Positions 38,479 to 52,767 of a DNA stretch of 64,000 nucleotides are shown here, piece after piece; positions within the stretch are counted from its first letter, which is position 1, and the number at the start of each line of letters is the position of its first letter. This DNA is from Paramecium tetraurelia. Taxonomy: Eukaryota. The notes beneath the pieces are model-generated. The model saw nothing but the letters and a program-made list of their open reading frames with translations, did not search any database and was not told where the DNA came from. The position numbers and the translations under genes were made by a program. The stretch lies in contig CT868185.1 of the NCBI GenBank assembly GCA_000165425.1, positions 372,001 through 436,000 on the forward strand. The letters run 5' to 3'.

Positions 38479-41400
38479 ATGTAATAATTTGAAATACAAT
38501 TGAGAGGAGGAGGCTGTGGAAAAGCTAAACCAATTTTAAAGGTTGAAGAAAATTTAATTATCGGTGTGCCCAAGGATTTATTGATTAAACTAGAAAATTA
38601 GATTAACATTATCAATACAAAAGCCACACTTTTAGTTGATCCTTAACAAAGAAATGAAGTAATAATTGCAATTTAATGGTTTATATACAATAGAGAGCAT
38701 TTAAATACTTTTTGTGTTAACCAAAATTTAACTTAATTAATATATACAAAATCATTGAATTCTGCTAGAGATTTGCTAAAAATTCTTCCTGTTTATTTAA
38801 GATCTTCATGGTTTTTATGCTATTAAGTACTTTAAATCTGTAATGACTTTTTGAGAATTATATATTCATTCTAAATACAAAATGAGGGTAGAGAAATGGA
38901 ATTAACTATGCAATAAGAATTACTATAAGATGTAGAGGAAATTAAATAGAGTTAGATATTGAATAAGCAAATTTATGGAGTACAGGAATAGAATATGAAA
39001 TACCTCTTATGAAAATAATGTTGATGAATTGTCAAACCAATTCAGAAGAAGGAAAAAATTTATTAATAAATATTGTTAAAAATGTAGCTTAGTCAGCTTT
39101 GGCAATGTCACCTACTGAAGACTTAATCCCAAGTCTTATTGAAGGAGCTAAATTTTTATTTTTACAATATAAAGACAAAGTATTATATCCTGAAGAGGTA
39201 TATGCTACTTATTATTTATTCCAAACTCTTAAATGGTCTATTGTGAGGCAATTAAAATCATAGTACTCAGTTTATAATCAAATGAAATAACTAAAAGATG
39301 CATTTCAATAATATATTCTAAGTTCAGATAATTGGATCATTCATTTTAGTTGGATATCAATGATAATGGATATTTTAGCATATAGACCTATTCTTGATAA
39401 ATTTGAAATTGTTAAAGGTTCTCCAATTGAATAATAATCAATGTGGAACAATTTAATTGAAAATAACTTAATTTTAAGTCTTCCATATAATAGAAATTAA
39501 GGTTCTATATTGTTATTTCAAAATCAAGTAAAATATTTTAGCAAAGAAATAAATAATATGTTAGAATAATAGAGTATTCCCAAGTTTAAATTAATTTCAG
39601 AATCTCTTATAAACGGGCAATTTTCAAAATAAATTAATCTATGGAATTTCTATAAAGATTTTACCTTTAAGAAAAAGCAATAAACTACTAGAAGGGAATA
39701 TGAAATAATTTTACAAAATAATGATTTATTATTTATAGAGAAGTAAATTGAAAGATTTAATTTTTAGTTAGATAGGTTAATTCCTCTTTACTAATAAATT
39801 TAAGAATCATTTACAGATTATTTTTAAATATAGGATTAATAGGATAATGCATAGCTTTAAATCAAATTACTCTAAGATGATTATAATGTTTTTAGAAAAT
39901 AATTTTTAGATGGATATAAATAGGCCTTATATTATCTACTTTTTATCATAGAAAGAAGTACTATTGAGTTTGAAAAGTTAAGGTCACTTTTTCCTTGTTT
40001 TGAAAAATTTGAGATTAAAGATAAAGAAAAATTAGAGAAGATTTTTTAAATTATTGAAGAATTTATTAAAGTCAAATTTTTTACCTTATACGAAGATTTT
40101 ATTTCAAATTTTCTAGAAATGATCGAGTATTTGAGCTATATTTCTGAAATTAGTTTAAATCCAATGTCAAAACAGTAAATTAATCTAGAGGAAGTAAATT
40201 CCAAATTTTAGATTCAAAATCACTTAAGTTATCAATAAAATTCCTAAAATTCATTAATATTATAATAGTGCATAATAAATATAAAGGAATTTTAACAAAA
40301 ATTTTATATCTCAGCATCAATTATTATAAAAACACATGATTAAAATATCAAAATTACTCCGTTCTAAATATAGGCTATGTCACATGCTATATGCTCAGGG
40401 TAATGGATCAAAATAATAAGGAAACAATTAGGTGATAGTTTTTCAGATAGATTTGATTTGAGTCAAAATTAAGTTAAAAATAAAGAGGATATCGAAAAAT
40501 TATATAGAAATTGTATTTTTAGCCTATCAATTTTAAAGCTGATGAAACAATTTTGCTATATCCACTAATACAAAATGAACATATTTTACTAAAACAAAGA
40601 AGAAGAAAAAAGTGTCGCAAATCAAGAGTAATAAAGGTTATATAAAGACTGTAAATTAATGTTAATCAATTAGTTAACATAATAAAAGGAAGAATTAGAT
40701 TTTATTTTGAAATCAAAAGATATTGATAAGGGTAGTATTTAAAGTAAGGAAAAAAGAAAATAACTCCTTAAATAAATAAAAACAGATTAATAGAGAATCC
40801 AAAGTGAATATGAAAATATTATAAGCTAATAAACGAAAACAATAATATCATAGGTTAGTAAATTCATGCAAGAAGCCTAGTTTATCGTTTAATAAAATTA
40901 AAATGAATATTATGACTTTGATGCTTTAAAAAGTTAAATGGGAAAATATGATAGTATCATAAGAGAAATTGAAAATAATTAAGGATAATTTACCAATAGT
41001 CCAAGAGATGAAAAAAAATTGACTTTCTAACATTGGATCACAAAGTATAAGAATTTAGATTTCTGTCATTTTTGTGTTGATGAAGATTTGACAATGATAA
41101 AGGATACAAATAAATAACTGAAATTATTAGAACTATTGTTAATATTAATTCTAAATTAACTTTAATAACCTGACAACAAAGAAATTTAACTTCATTTCAA
41201 TAACTTTAATACATAATTATAACAAATAGAAACTAAATTTAACATTAAGAAATCAATTACTACTTTTATTGAAAGTTTAAAGGGAAATAGTTAATTAGAG
41301 AGTTGTGAATGTATCATTTAAAGTAATTAAGAGATTGATTAATATGATTAGTAAATTGACAAACGGAAAGGCTAATAAATTGAGTAAATTGAATCAACCT

Positions 41401-44400
41401 TATAAGAAACTTTAGGTTTCTTTTCATTAAAATAATAAAGTTAGGATAAAATACCTCAAACTTTAGATCCTTTATACTTAAATATAATAAATAATCTATG
41501 TGAACAATTGACAATAAAAAAGTCAATATTTGATGTATTTGATTTAAACAATGATTATAAAATTAGAGAATGCTTAGTTTATAATTTAATAAAGCTTTAA
41601 TAAGGAATTAAAGAAGACAAAATAGTAGAGTTTTCATCAAAAATGATTCAATACCTTTGGGTTTTCGAAAAAGATTAAAGAGTTAGAAATCTATTGAAAA
41701 ATAAGGAATTAATTGAAATGTAAAAACTTGTTTTTTCAAAGGATATCAAGTCAACATCAGAATAAATAAAATAAGAAATGAAATTAAGAATCAACAGCAT
41801 AGAAAGTATTTCATAAGAATTAAGACTTCAAGGAAATTCTCAAATAAAAGAGCATCTTAAATAATAACTCAAGCAAGCTTATGAAGAACTTGAACAATAT
41901 AATGATAATATTACTGAAATGTCAGAAAAAATGGATATAAGTTTAATATTTTTAAAGGATATATCAAAGGATGTGAAGTAAATAAAAAGTTAAATTGATA
42001 ATTTATAAGAGAACTTAAATTAAGTTGGTGACGATATTCGTAAATTAAAAGGAAAAAGATATGATGAATTATTAGAAATAAGAAAATAAAAGATATTATT
42101 ATAATCTAGATTAGCAGAAGTAGATTCTGTATATGTATAATTAAAAACTATTGAATATGATCCTGTTACGGGGGAAAGTATTAAATCCAAAGATGGAGTA
42201 ACAATAACCAATTTAATGAGTGAATAATGGAATGATTTTACTGGAGAAGTTAATGAATTCATTTGGGATGAATCTAAATCAAATGATGTTATGTTACTTT
42301 CAGGAAATGCTGGTTCTGGTAAAAGTAAAGCAGCCAGAAAAATTGAAGAATTTCTATGGAAATAAAGAGAAATTAATTCGAAATGGATACCAATCTTTGT
42401 ATCACTTCCAACTTTAAAAAATCCAAAATATAATTTATTTGAATAAGCTTTAGAATCTGATAATTATTAATTTGATAAATATTAACTAAGAGAATTTAAA
42501 GATGCGATTTAAAATAAAAAAGAATTTATCATTTTAATACTTGATAGTTACGATGAAATGAAATAAGATTGTATCTAATAAAATCTAATTACAACGAACA
42601 AGCTAATTAATGATTTGAATATTGATGAAAAATAAAAATAAGTCAAGATAATCATCACAACCAGAAAAGAAATATTAAACACCTTGGGTTATTAAACTTG
42701 GTTTTATGGGAATAGCATAAGCAGTTTAAAAGAAGTTTAGATCTAGGATTTTGATGAAGGTTAAAAAAGTAATTATTTAATTCAATATGCTGAACTTAGT
42801 GTAAAAAGAAAAATAAGAGCAGTATATGATTTCTTGAAATAGATTGCATAATAAAATTTTAATTTAGATGAATTTTTAAGAATATGGTACGATGTAAATG
42901 TAAAAGTTTAAAATGGCATTTAAAATTCATATAAAGAATAATCAGAGTCAATTTTTGAAAGCTCCTCGAGGGAAGAATTAATTGAAAAAATTTTAGAGCA
43001 TTCTTCATTTAATTATTTAAAAGAGGAATAAATTACAGGACTCAGGAAAGATTTGGCATCCTTATGGAGTGTTTATAAATTTGAAAAGGCCATCGAAAAC
43101 GTAGGTATTTCTGATTTATTATCAACTCCCTTCATGTTTGAAATTATTGTCTAAGTTTTACCTAATATGGCAAAGAAATAGCAAGGTTCGATGGATTTAA
43201 AAAATAGATTTGTTAAGAGTTATCTCAGTATTATATAAAAATCTAGTTTCTCTAAAATTTTATAAGAGAGTTACAAAAATAATTTAGATAAAAAAGAAAA
43301 TAATTAGGTAATTTTGCCATCTTTTGATGGAAAAAAAAGCCAAAAAATTAAATATTATGAGTAACCAGAATTATAAGCAAAAACCGTTTAACTTTTAGAT
43401 AAATTGGAAAGCTTCAAGTTTTTTTAATTTTACTCAATTACCAGCATTCTTAAAATCCATGGCTATGACTTATTAGTTGATAATAAGTCGTTTAATATCT
43501 ATCCAGATATAGAATATGTAGTTTAAGCTTTGAAGATGAGAAAGTATACAATATTTGAGTTCTATGAGAGCTTCATTCATTTTTATCATGATTAATAAAT
43601 TCAAAAGTTGAGAGAGACAGGTAAAATTTCAAATTGGGAAGGTTTTTAAATAGATATTCTTTAATTTTCATCTAATTTAGCAATAGATATGACTATAAAT
43701 TAACTATCTTAAATCACCTATTAACAAAAAGGAAAATTAAAATTATCAAATAATTATAATAGGTAATAAAATGATGATGATTGGTTTGATGATTATTTTA
43801 ATGATTCATAATAGGAACTTGATTATAATAAATTAATACGAAGTTGTATTCTCTTAAATGCTAAAGGAAGTAACTATTCCTTTACTCACAAATCTATTTA
43901 AGAATTTTATGTTGCTAAATATATCATAGACTTGTTGCTTTAATCTGGTTCTTAATTTTTGAATGAAGAAAATTTTGATTAGAAATATGCTGCCAGATTG
44001 ATAGAATAATTATATAATAAACCTGAATTAAATATTTGCAAGGATCATTTTAAAGGAGTATTAACTTTTATTAAAGAAAAAATAAGTATTCTAGATAATA
44101 TCAAAAGAGTTCTTATTAATATTGCTAAATTATCTAAAAATAAGGAATATATTTATGCTGCTTCAAATAGTATTTTCTTGTTATCTTAACTGGATGTGTA
44201 TTTAGGATACGAAAATTTTTCAGAAATTTAGTTAATTGATACAAATATCTCAGGTTTAAGTTTTTGTAATTCAGATCTTAGTAAATCTAAATTTACTAAT
44301 ATTAATATTAATTCTTGCAATTTTAATTATGCTAATTTGACAGATGTTGAATGGAACAATGTAAGATGTAAAGAAAAACCATTTTTAAAAGAAGATGAAC

Positions 44401-47400
44401 AAGTTAGACTAGTTGAATTTTCTTCAAATGGCAAATTAATTGCATCAAATGGAAAAGGAAATTTAGTAAGTCTTTGGGATGTGGAAAGTTATAAAGTAAT
44501 ATAACAATTAGATGGTCATCAAGATTAAATATTATCAGTTGCTTTTTCAGCTGATAATAAAACTCTAGCTTCTGCTAGTAAAGATAAAACTATAAAATTA
44601 TGGGATATTTAGAATCCATAAATTAAGTCTTTTTTGATATTTACAATAGATTATCACGACCATCCAGTCACAGGAGTCAAATTCACTTTAGATGGAAAAA
44701 AAATAGTTTCAGTTGATAGTTCAGGAACTTTGATAATTTGCAATTTGGAATTTATCACAGAAAAACCAAATGATATTATATTTTAGTGTCAATAGGAAAT
44801 CTTGGTTTACACTTTGACATAAGATGATTAATTGATTGCCTTTGGATTAGACGATTCTAGCATTAAATTAGTTGAAGTAAAAACTAGTAATGAAAGGATT
44901 TTAGTAGGTCATACTGGAAAGATTTCAGCCTTAGCTTTTAGTAAGGAAGGAAATAGATTAGTATCTGCATGTACAAATTTACTATTATTATGGGATTTGA
45001 AAGATAAATGTAAATGCTAAGTTTTATCTTTTTAAGAATATTAAATCTAATATTTAACCTTACCCAATGAAAGAGAAATAGTCATTGGAGCAGAAAACTA
45101 TTTAGCCTATGGGGAATTTTAGTATGATGATTCTGCCTATCTTGCTAATATATAGTATTCCTATCCTGTTTACTTATTCCCTAATTCTAATTTTGCTGTT
45201 ATTGTTTAAGATTAAACACTATTAATATTAGATCTTATTACTTAAGCAATTATTAATAGTATATATTTTGATAAAAAAATAACCTAAATTGATATTACTA
45301 GTAATGAATAGAGATTAATAATAAACGAAAAATATTATAATTAAAGATTTTTAGATTTAAATACTTTCTAGGAAGTAGTGCTTAGTGAAAGCGAGCAAAG
45401 TTCATTTTATTATCACAATTTAATATTTGAACAATGTGAAAAGGAAATTATTATTTATGATGATAAATGTAAATAATGTTGTGAATCAGAAGATTATAAA
45501 ATTATTTCCTATCCAATAACTTATTTTTCATTTTCAACTAACTATTAAATATTGGCTATGATAGATGAATATTACAAAAAAATATGTTTATATGATTCTA
45601 AAGAACTAAAATTGATGGATAATTAAATTGAAAATAGAAATAGTGTTTGTTCAATGGCATTTTCCCCTTGCAAGCCTATACTATCTACAGTGTATGAAGA
45701 TGGAAGTTTATATTTTTGGAATATTAGCAAAGCTCCTTATGAGTATGAGAAATTCAATGACATAGATGAGGGCATTCAAATAGAATACATCATTTATTCT
45801 CCTGATGGCTCATTATTAATTATTTAGACTAATGATTAGAAAATCAGAATTTTAGATGAGATTAATGGATCAGTAATAAAGATCCTTGATTAATATAAGC
45901 CGGAAAGGAATATTATTTTAGTGTCTTATGATAATAATACCTTAGCTATTAATCAAATATCTAGTAAGAATTAAATAATATTATGGAACATAAACAAGAA
46001 TGAAGAAAGAGTTTTAGAAATTCAATATGAATATACTTACTCCCTCATAATTCAATTTTGCCCAGATGAAATATCTTTAGTGTGTTTATACAATGAAAAC
46101 CTAAGGTTTTGGAATTACATATCAGGAGAGTTAATTATTAATTATTAACTTCCTTGGGATTCAACATATAAATGTATTAGTTTTTCTAAAAATGGTAATT
46201 TATTTGTGACTGGTGGGAATTACATTGGGGTTTGGAAATATTTTGACAATAAAATTGAAATGATTAATGCTTTTCAACCTTACAGGAAAATCAATTAATT
46301 AATGTTGATTGATGATGACTAAAATCTTATTTATCTTACTAAGGATTAAATAAAAATAATTCCTTTATCAAAATGTAATTTAAAGGGAATAATTTGTACT
46401 TCAAAATAATTTGCCTAATTTTTAACAAATGGATACCTTGTTACGAGAGATTATAGAGGTATTGAAATTTTTGATTGGAATTAGTAGAAATTAATATCTA
46501 GTATCAACTGTTCTTATCATTATCATGTACAACTCTTTTAAGATGGCTTACATTGCATAATTTCAAATGGATCAAATATTTGGAAGTAGAATATTCATTC
46601 GAAAAAGAAAATCTTTAATATCACTATTTGCGAAGAATGTTAATCTCTCAAGCTAAGTAAAAATGATTAGGTTCTAATTTTATAATGTAAAAATACCATA
46701 AAACTATTTAATATCTAAGACCCTTAAAATATATTTGAGATTTAAACTTATAAAAATTAAGAATTATAATAATTTTCATGGACATGTAACAATGATTATA
46801 TATGTTACATATCGAATTCTGATTTTGTCATTCGAGAAATAAAAACCTAATAAAAAATTAAATTTATAACTCCAAAAAGTAAAATACTTCAAGTAAATTC
46901 ATTTGATAGTAATAATAAAATATTTATACGAAATAAGGAGGGTTCAGGTATCTTTGATCTAAGTTCTTAAAAATTTGAAGTTTTTAAAGAATTATTTTAG
47001 GAATCTGCAATATCTTATGATGGATAGTTAATAGCTTGTAATTATGATACATACTCATAAAAATTGAAATTTTTATGACATTCAAAATGATAAAGATTTT
47101 CCAGATAATAATTCTAGTCATATAGTTCCAATCAAATTTTCTAGGAATGGCAATTTATTGCATTACTATAAAGAGCATAACTAAGCAATAGTAGGTTCTC
47201 TTGATGAAAATAAATAACTAAAACTTCTCTGTTCTTTCGAGTGTGGATCTGATGTAGATGAAGTGTCAGTTACACCTTCTTTTGGTTTTATATCTATTAA
47301 GTAATCAAATAGACTTAAATTAATGAATTTGAATTGGATGTCATAAGCATAAATAGTAAGTATAAATTAATCGAATGAAAAGGGTGACAATAATTATTCT

Positions 47401-50400
47401 TTTGTAATATCTTCTGACAATTCAAAAATTATATCTGGATATTCTTAATCTATTAAATCATATAGTTTAGATGCTAATTCAAAATAAAATATTGATAGAA
47501 GTGTTCCTTAGAAAATAAATTGTTTAGTATAAATTGATTTAAATACTGTTAGTATTGGTTGTGGTAAGAAGATATATCTGAATTAACTTAATAAATCTGA
47601 AGATCTAGTACTAGGAGAACATGAATACAATATAACATGCCTCAGTTACTCATAGATAACATCATTACTAGCATCTGGTAGTGAAGATGAAAAGATATTT
47701 TTATGGAATGTGAATGCTCAAAAGAAAATAGCAGTATTTGAAGGTCATAGAGGGTGGATTAATTAATTATCTTTTTCTCCTGATGGATAATGTTTGGCCT
47801 CTGCAAGTGAAGACTAATAAATTAAATTATGGAATATTGAATAAAGTGAATAATCAAATATTTCAAAAGGACATTAAAAATGTGTAAACTAAGTTGCCTT
47901 CTCAAAAGATGGTCTTATTATTGCATCATGTAGTGCAGACTGTTCAATTATATTATGGGATTTAATAGAAAAAAACTTTATTATTATGTTAAAAGAACAT
48001 ACTGCAGATGTGCGTTGTCTAGAATTCTCTTTTAGTTCTAAATGGTTGGCATCAGGAAGTATTGATGGATCAATATGTTTGTGGGATGTTAAATTTCCAT
48101 AGGAGACTACTTTATACTGTAAAATAAATGAGCTTTATTTATATCCGGATTTCTTATGTTTTGCTCCATCAGATTGTTTTGCTACTATTTCAAATGATAG
48201 AGGTTAAAAAATGAAATAAAAAATAGTTACTAAAATTTAAGTTTGGAGTTTGGATTAAATAGATAAAAAAGATGATAAAAAATTGGAAATCTAAAAATAT
48301 GGGATCAATCCTATGTGTTTATCTGATCGTTATAGAGATGAGGATTATATATTTTAAGGTTATGATACTCTAGTAAAGGTTCATAATTTATCAAATGACT
48401 AGATTGAAATCCTTGAAGGACATTCATCTAAAGTTGTAATTATTAAATCATGGGATTATGATAGACAATTATTATCAATAGATAATAAAAATAATATGAT
48501 TATTTGGTAAAAAACAAACAATAGTTGGAAATAGCAATCACAAATTTAATTAGAACCAGGCACTGTTTAAAATGATATAATTGATTCTCAATATCAAGAT
48601 TAGTTTGTATCCATAAATAGTAATGCTAATGCTATTATCATATCAAATCTTAATTAAATGTAAAAGTAGAGGCCTTTTATTGATTTAGATATAAAATTTT
48701 GGAGAAGTTATCTATCAAACAGTTAATAATTATTTATAACAATGGGTGACTAATAAATAACAGTGATAGATAGCTGTTCTGGAGAAATTAAATTTAAAAT
48801 TGAGAATCCTATCAATTCAGATCAGTCAATTATATCCAATGATGATGGATTTTTAGCTATTTTAGAAAGGTATTCAAATAAGATCTTTATTGTTGATATT
48901 TTCTAAAAAATAAGAAGATGTAAATTTAGAATTTGAAGAAGCTCCTAAACTTTTTTAATTTAGCAAGGATGATTCAAATATTCTATACACAGCATCAAGA
49001 AGATGTACTATTATGAAGTGGAACATAAAAAATAAATAAAACGAAATTGTTGTTAATTTAGAATTTACATATTCAGATGATATCTTATAGATTTCTAACT
49101 CATGCAATCATATAATCTATCATAAAAATAAAATGCAACTTTTATTAGTCAATCTCAATAATTAATAACAGTATTAAAAAGATATTCAAAATTTGAATGG
49201 TATAGCAGTCATTTCTTAAAATGAAATTTTAGTAGCCTTGGCTAATAAATATTATACAATTTATTTATGGAATTATGAGAAATCAATTACTACAGAAATT
49301 ACTTTGTTTCAAAAACAATCAATTCAAAATTTATAATTTATAAATGATGACAATGAATTGGTTTGTTGTTAAAAAGAAACAATTTGTATCTTTTCTGTTT
49401 AAAAAGATTTTCAATTAAAATTAAAGAATATTTGGTAGATAGAAAGTTGTTAAAATTATACTTTCTGTCCTAAGCATTTATCGGTTTTATGTTATAATAA
49501 TAGTTGGAAGCAAGATATTTGGTGTGGATATAAAAGAATCAGCTTTTTGAATCCTGGATAAAGTATGATTTTAATAGATGAACAATAGAAACCATTAAAA
49601 TTTTCATCAAATTAAGATGGAAATTATATTGTATAATTAAATTAATAAGGTTTTATCATATGGGACTGGAAAAACGAAAAATAAATATTAAATAGTGATC
49701 AATGGTCTGGAAATAATGCTATGCTTATAGATTTAAAGATATTGGTAATAGCAAATGAAGAGGAAATCAATATTTTAGATATTAAAGAATTGCATAATAT
49801 TAAATTACTCTCATCGCTTTCTTTCGATTAACCTATCCAAAATATTTCATTTGCTTCAAATTAGGAATATTTTGTTTGTGGATTTGATACAAAAATAAAG
49901 TTGTGGAAACTTTTAAAGGATGGATAATGTTAATAAGTAGCTGTTTATGATATAAAATATAATGGCAAAACAAATCCTGTTATTTCACCAAATGGAAAAT
50001 TTATAGTTTACAAAGCATAAGAATCATATTAAATAATTAGGATTAAATAATTACATACATTAGAGTTAAACGATCAAAGTGTATTTGGCCTTGTATATTC
50101 ATCAGATTTCTAAAATTTAATTACACTTATAAATGGACATCCTATATTGTTAACTCCTACTTTGGAAATTATAGAGAGCTAATTAGAAGGAGTTATAAAA
50201 GATAATGAAGCCAAATCAATTGTATCAGCTTCTGTGGATTCAATATTTGCTATTTTATATGATGCTTTCATTTTAATAGTTAAAATTATAGATTAAAAGA
50301 AATTAATTGTGATTAGGTAGATATCATCAGAAGGTTTCAGAGATTGTATTACTATCAGTATCAATCATTTTGGAACTCAATTAATTGTTGGCAACCCATC

Positions 50401-50800
50401 TGGATCAATTTATTTTTTGGATTTAACAGATTCTAATGATGAAGAGTTAAATAAATTTGAACAACATTTGAAAATAGAAAATTAAAATGATTAAGTTAAT
50501 TGGTTTGCTTTCAGTCTTAATGGAACTGATATTGCAGCTGCAATTTATGATGGATCTATAAATTTATATTCAGTTGAATAAATTGAGAATGATTAAAATA
50601 TAAAACATAATGAAGAAAATTAAGAATAATAAAATTAATTATCTGAAAGTATAAAAAAAGAATTCAGACTAATTTGTTATAAATCGTTTTCCAGACAATC
50701 TTTATTATTAGCCAATTAATGCATGGTAAAAGATTCAAAAATCACTTAAAATGGTAAATCAATCATTTAGCTATTCAGATAAAAAGGAGCAAGAGAATGA
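38479..50800 (+). pseudogene. Giant NACHT-pentapeptide-WD40 (NLR/NWD-like) gene, ~4100 codons, three apparent frameshifts (pseudogene or assembly errors)
   Basis: MQQFEIQLRGGGCG start; Walker A LLSGNAGSGKS (~42300); Walker B ILDSYDE; TPFMFEI; winged-helix FTHKSIQEF; pentapeptide repeats ~44200-44370; many WD40 repeats up to TGA 50798-50800. Confidence 0.85.
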
Positions 50801-51052
50801 TATAAATATTATTTAAAAATATTCAAATTAATATATATATTAATATATACATCCTGTATACTGATTCAATAATTTTAAGTTCTAATAGCAAATGATTGCA
50901 AAGATTCATTCCTAATATCTTACAGGATTATGTTAAAACCATAATGCATAGAAAGTTTTGAATTACCTTAACAACATAAAATTATTATTTTTCTTAAGAT
51001 GAGGTAACTCCTCTATCAGTTTATAAATATTTTAGATATATCAGTTTCTATC
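44078..51052 (+). repeat. Left arm of a large inverted duplication (right arm 57004-64000, continuing beyond the window)
   Basis: Colinear reverse-complement similarity over ~7 kb, including ~250 bp of 3' flank. Confidence 0.92.
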
Positions 51053-51327
51053 AAATAGTATTTTTTTTCCTAACTCCTATAAACAGATTTATTATCTAAT
51101 CTAATTTAACTTTCCAAGGTCGACTTATATCTTTTAGATTTGTCCTTCATTCCTACATTAGCGATTCTGTCATTTCTGCTACTTTTAATTTTTACAAATT
51201 CATACTCTCTTGCTCTCTGGATCAACCAATATTAGTAATTCTTCAGTAAGCAGATTGAGTTCCTTACACATAACAATAACTTCCATTAGGAGGAATTTAA
51301 TAATTAATTAGGTTGTGTTGATTAATC

Positions 51328-51363
51328 TTGTTATTAAGTACCTATCAAGGTACTTAATAACAA
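51328..51363. repeat. Perfect 16 bp inverted repeat with 4 nt loop
   Basis: TTGTTATTAAGTACCT-ATCA-AGGTACTTAATAACAA. Confidence 0.9.
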
Positions 51364-51456
51364 TCTACAGGTTACTTCACCTATTTTCATTCCTGAAATA
51401 TATCAAGATTCCTTCTGATAAGAAAAAAGAGATGAGTATCCAAAAGTCGATATAAT

Positions 51457-51634
51457 TCAAACAATAAATAAAATGACAGATTCTAAAATGATGGATTAAG
51501 AATGTATCTCCCCCTAGAAAGTTGTCATGCAAAGACCAAAAAAAAGAAAAGAAGAAGTGAAAATATAATTAATATCTTCATAATACAATAAACGATCACT
51601 ATTTTTACATTAAATATAGTATATTCAAATTTAT
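51457..51634. repeat. ~180 bp direct repeat, copy 2
   Basis: Similar to 36427-36605. Confidence 0.85.
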
Positions 51635-52016
51635 AAGAGTTCTTGAAATTCTCAATATTTTAATTATAAATAAGAATTGCTTTTATTTCTTATTAACATA
51701 TATGAAATAGCACTATAAAATAAAATCAATATTTAGGAATTTATTAATTTGAACATCTTTTAGTTTTAGATCTGTAACCAATTTTAAGTATAATATTAAG
51801 ATTATAGTGTCACTCTTTTTTGATCAATAATTTTAAATAGAAAAATTTGGAAAATTGTTCTATGTTAAGAAAATGATAATTAAATTTTAAATTCTGATTT
51901 GTAGATTTTAACAGAATGCATAATAGCAAGATGTAAAAATTGATAATATGTATTCTATATATAATGAATATAAAAATCTATTATAATATTTATAGATATT
52001 TAATTCAATATCCGAT

Positions 52017-52754
<738 letters not shown>

Positions 52755-52767
52755 AATAAATTAAATT

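Noticed and set aside
47060..48940. Euplotes-type programmed +1 ribosomal frameshifting at the frame breaks
   Set aside because: TAR is Gln here, the sites share no slippery motif, and the paralogue is in frame. Indel mutation or error is simpler.
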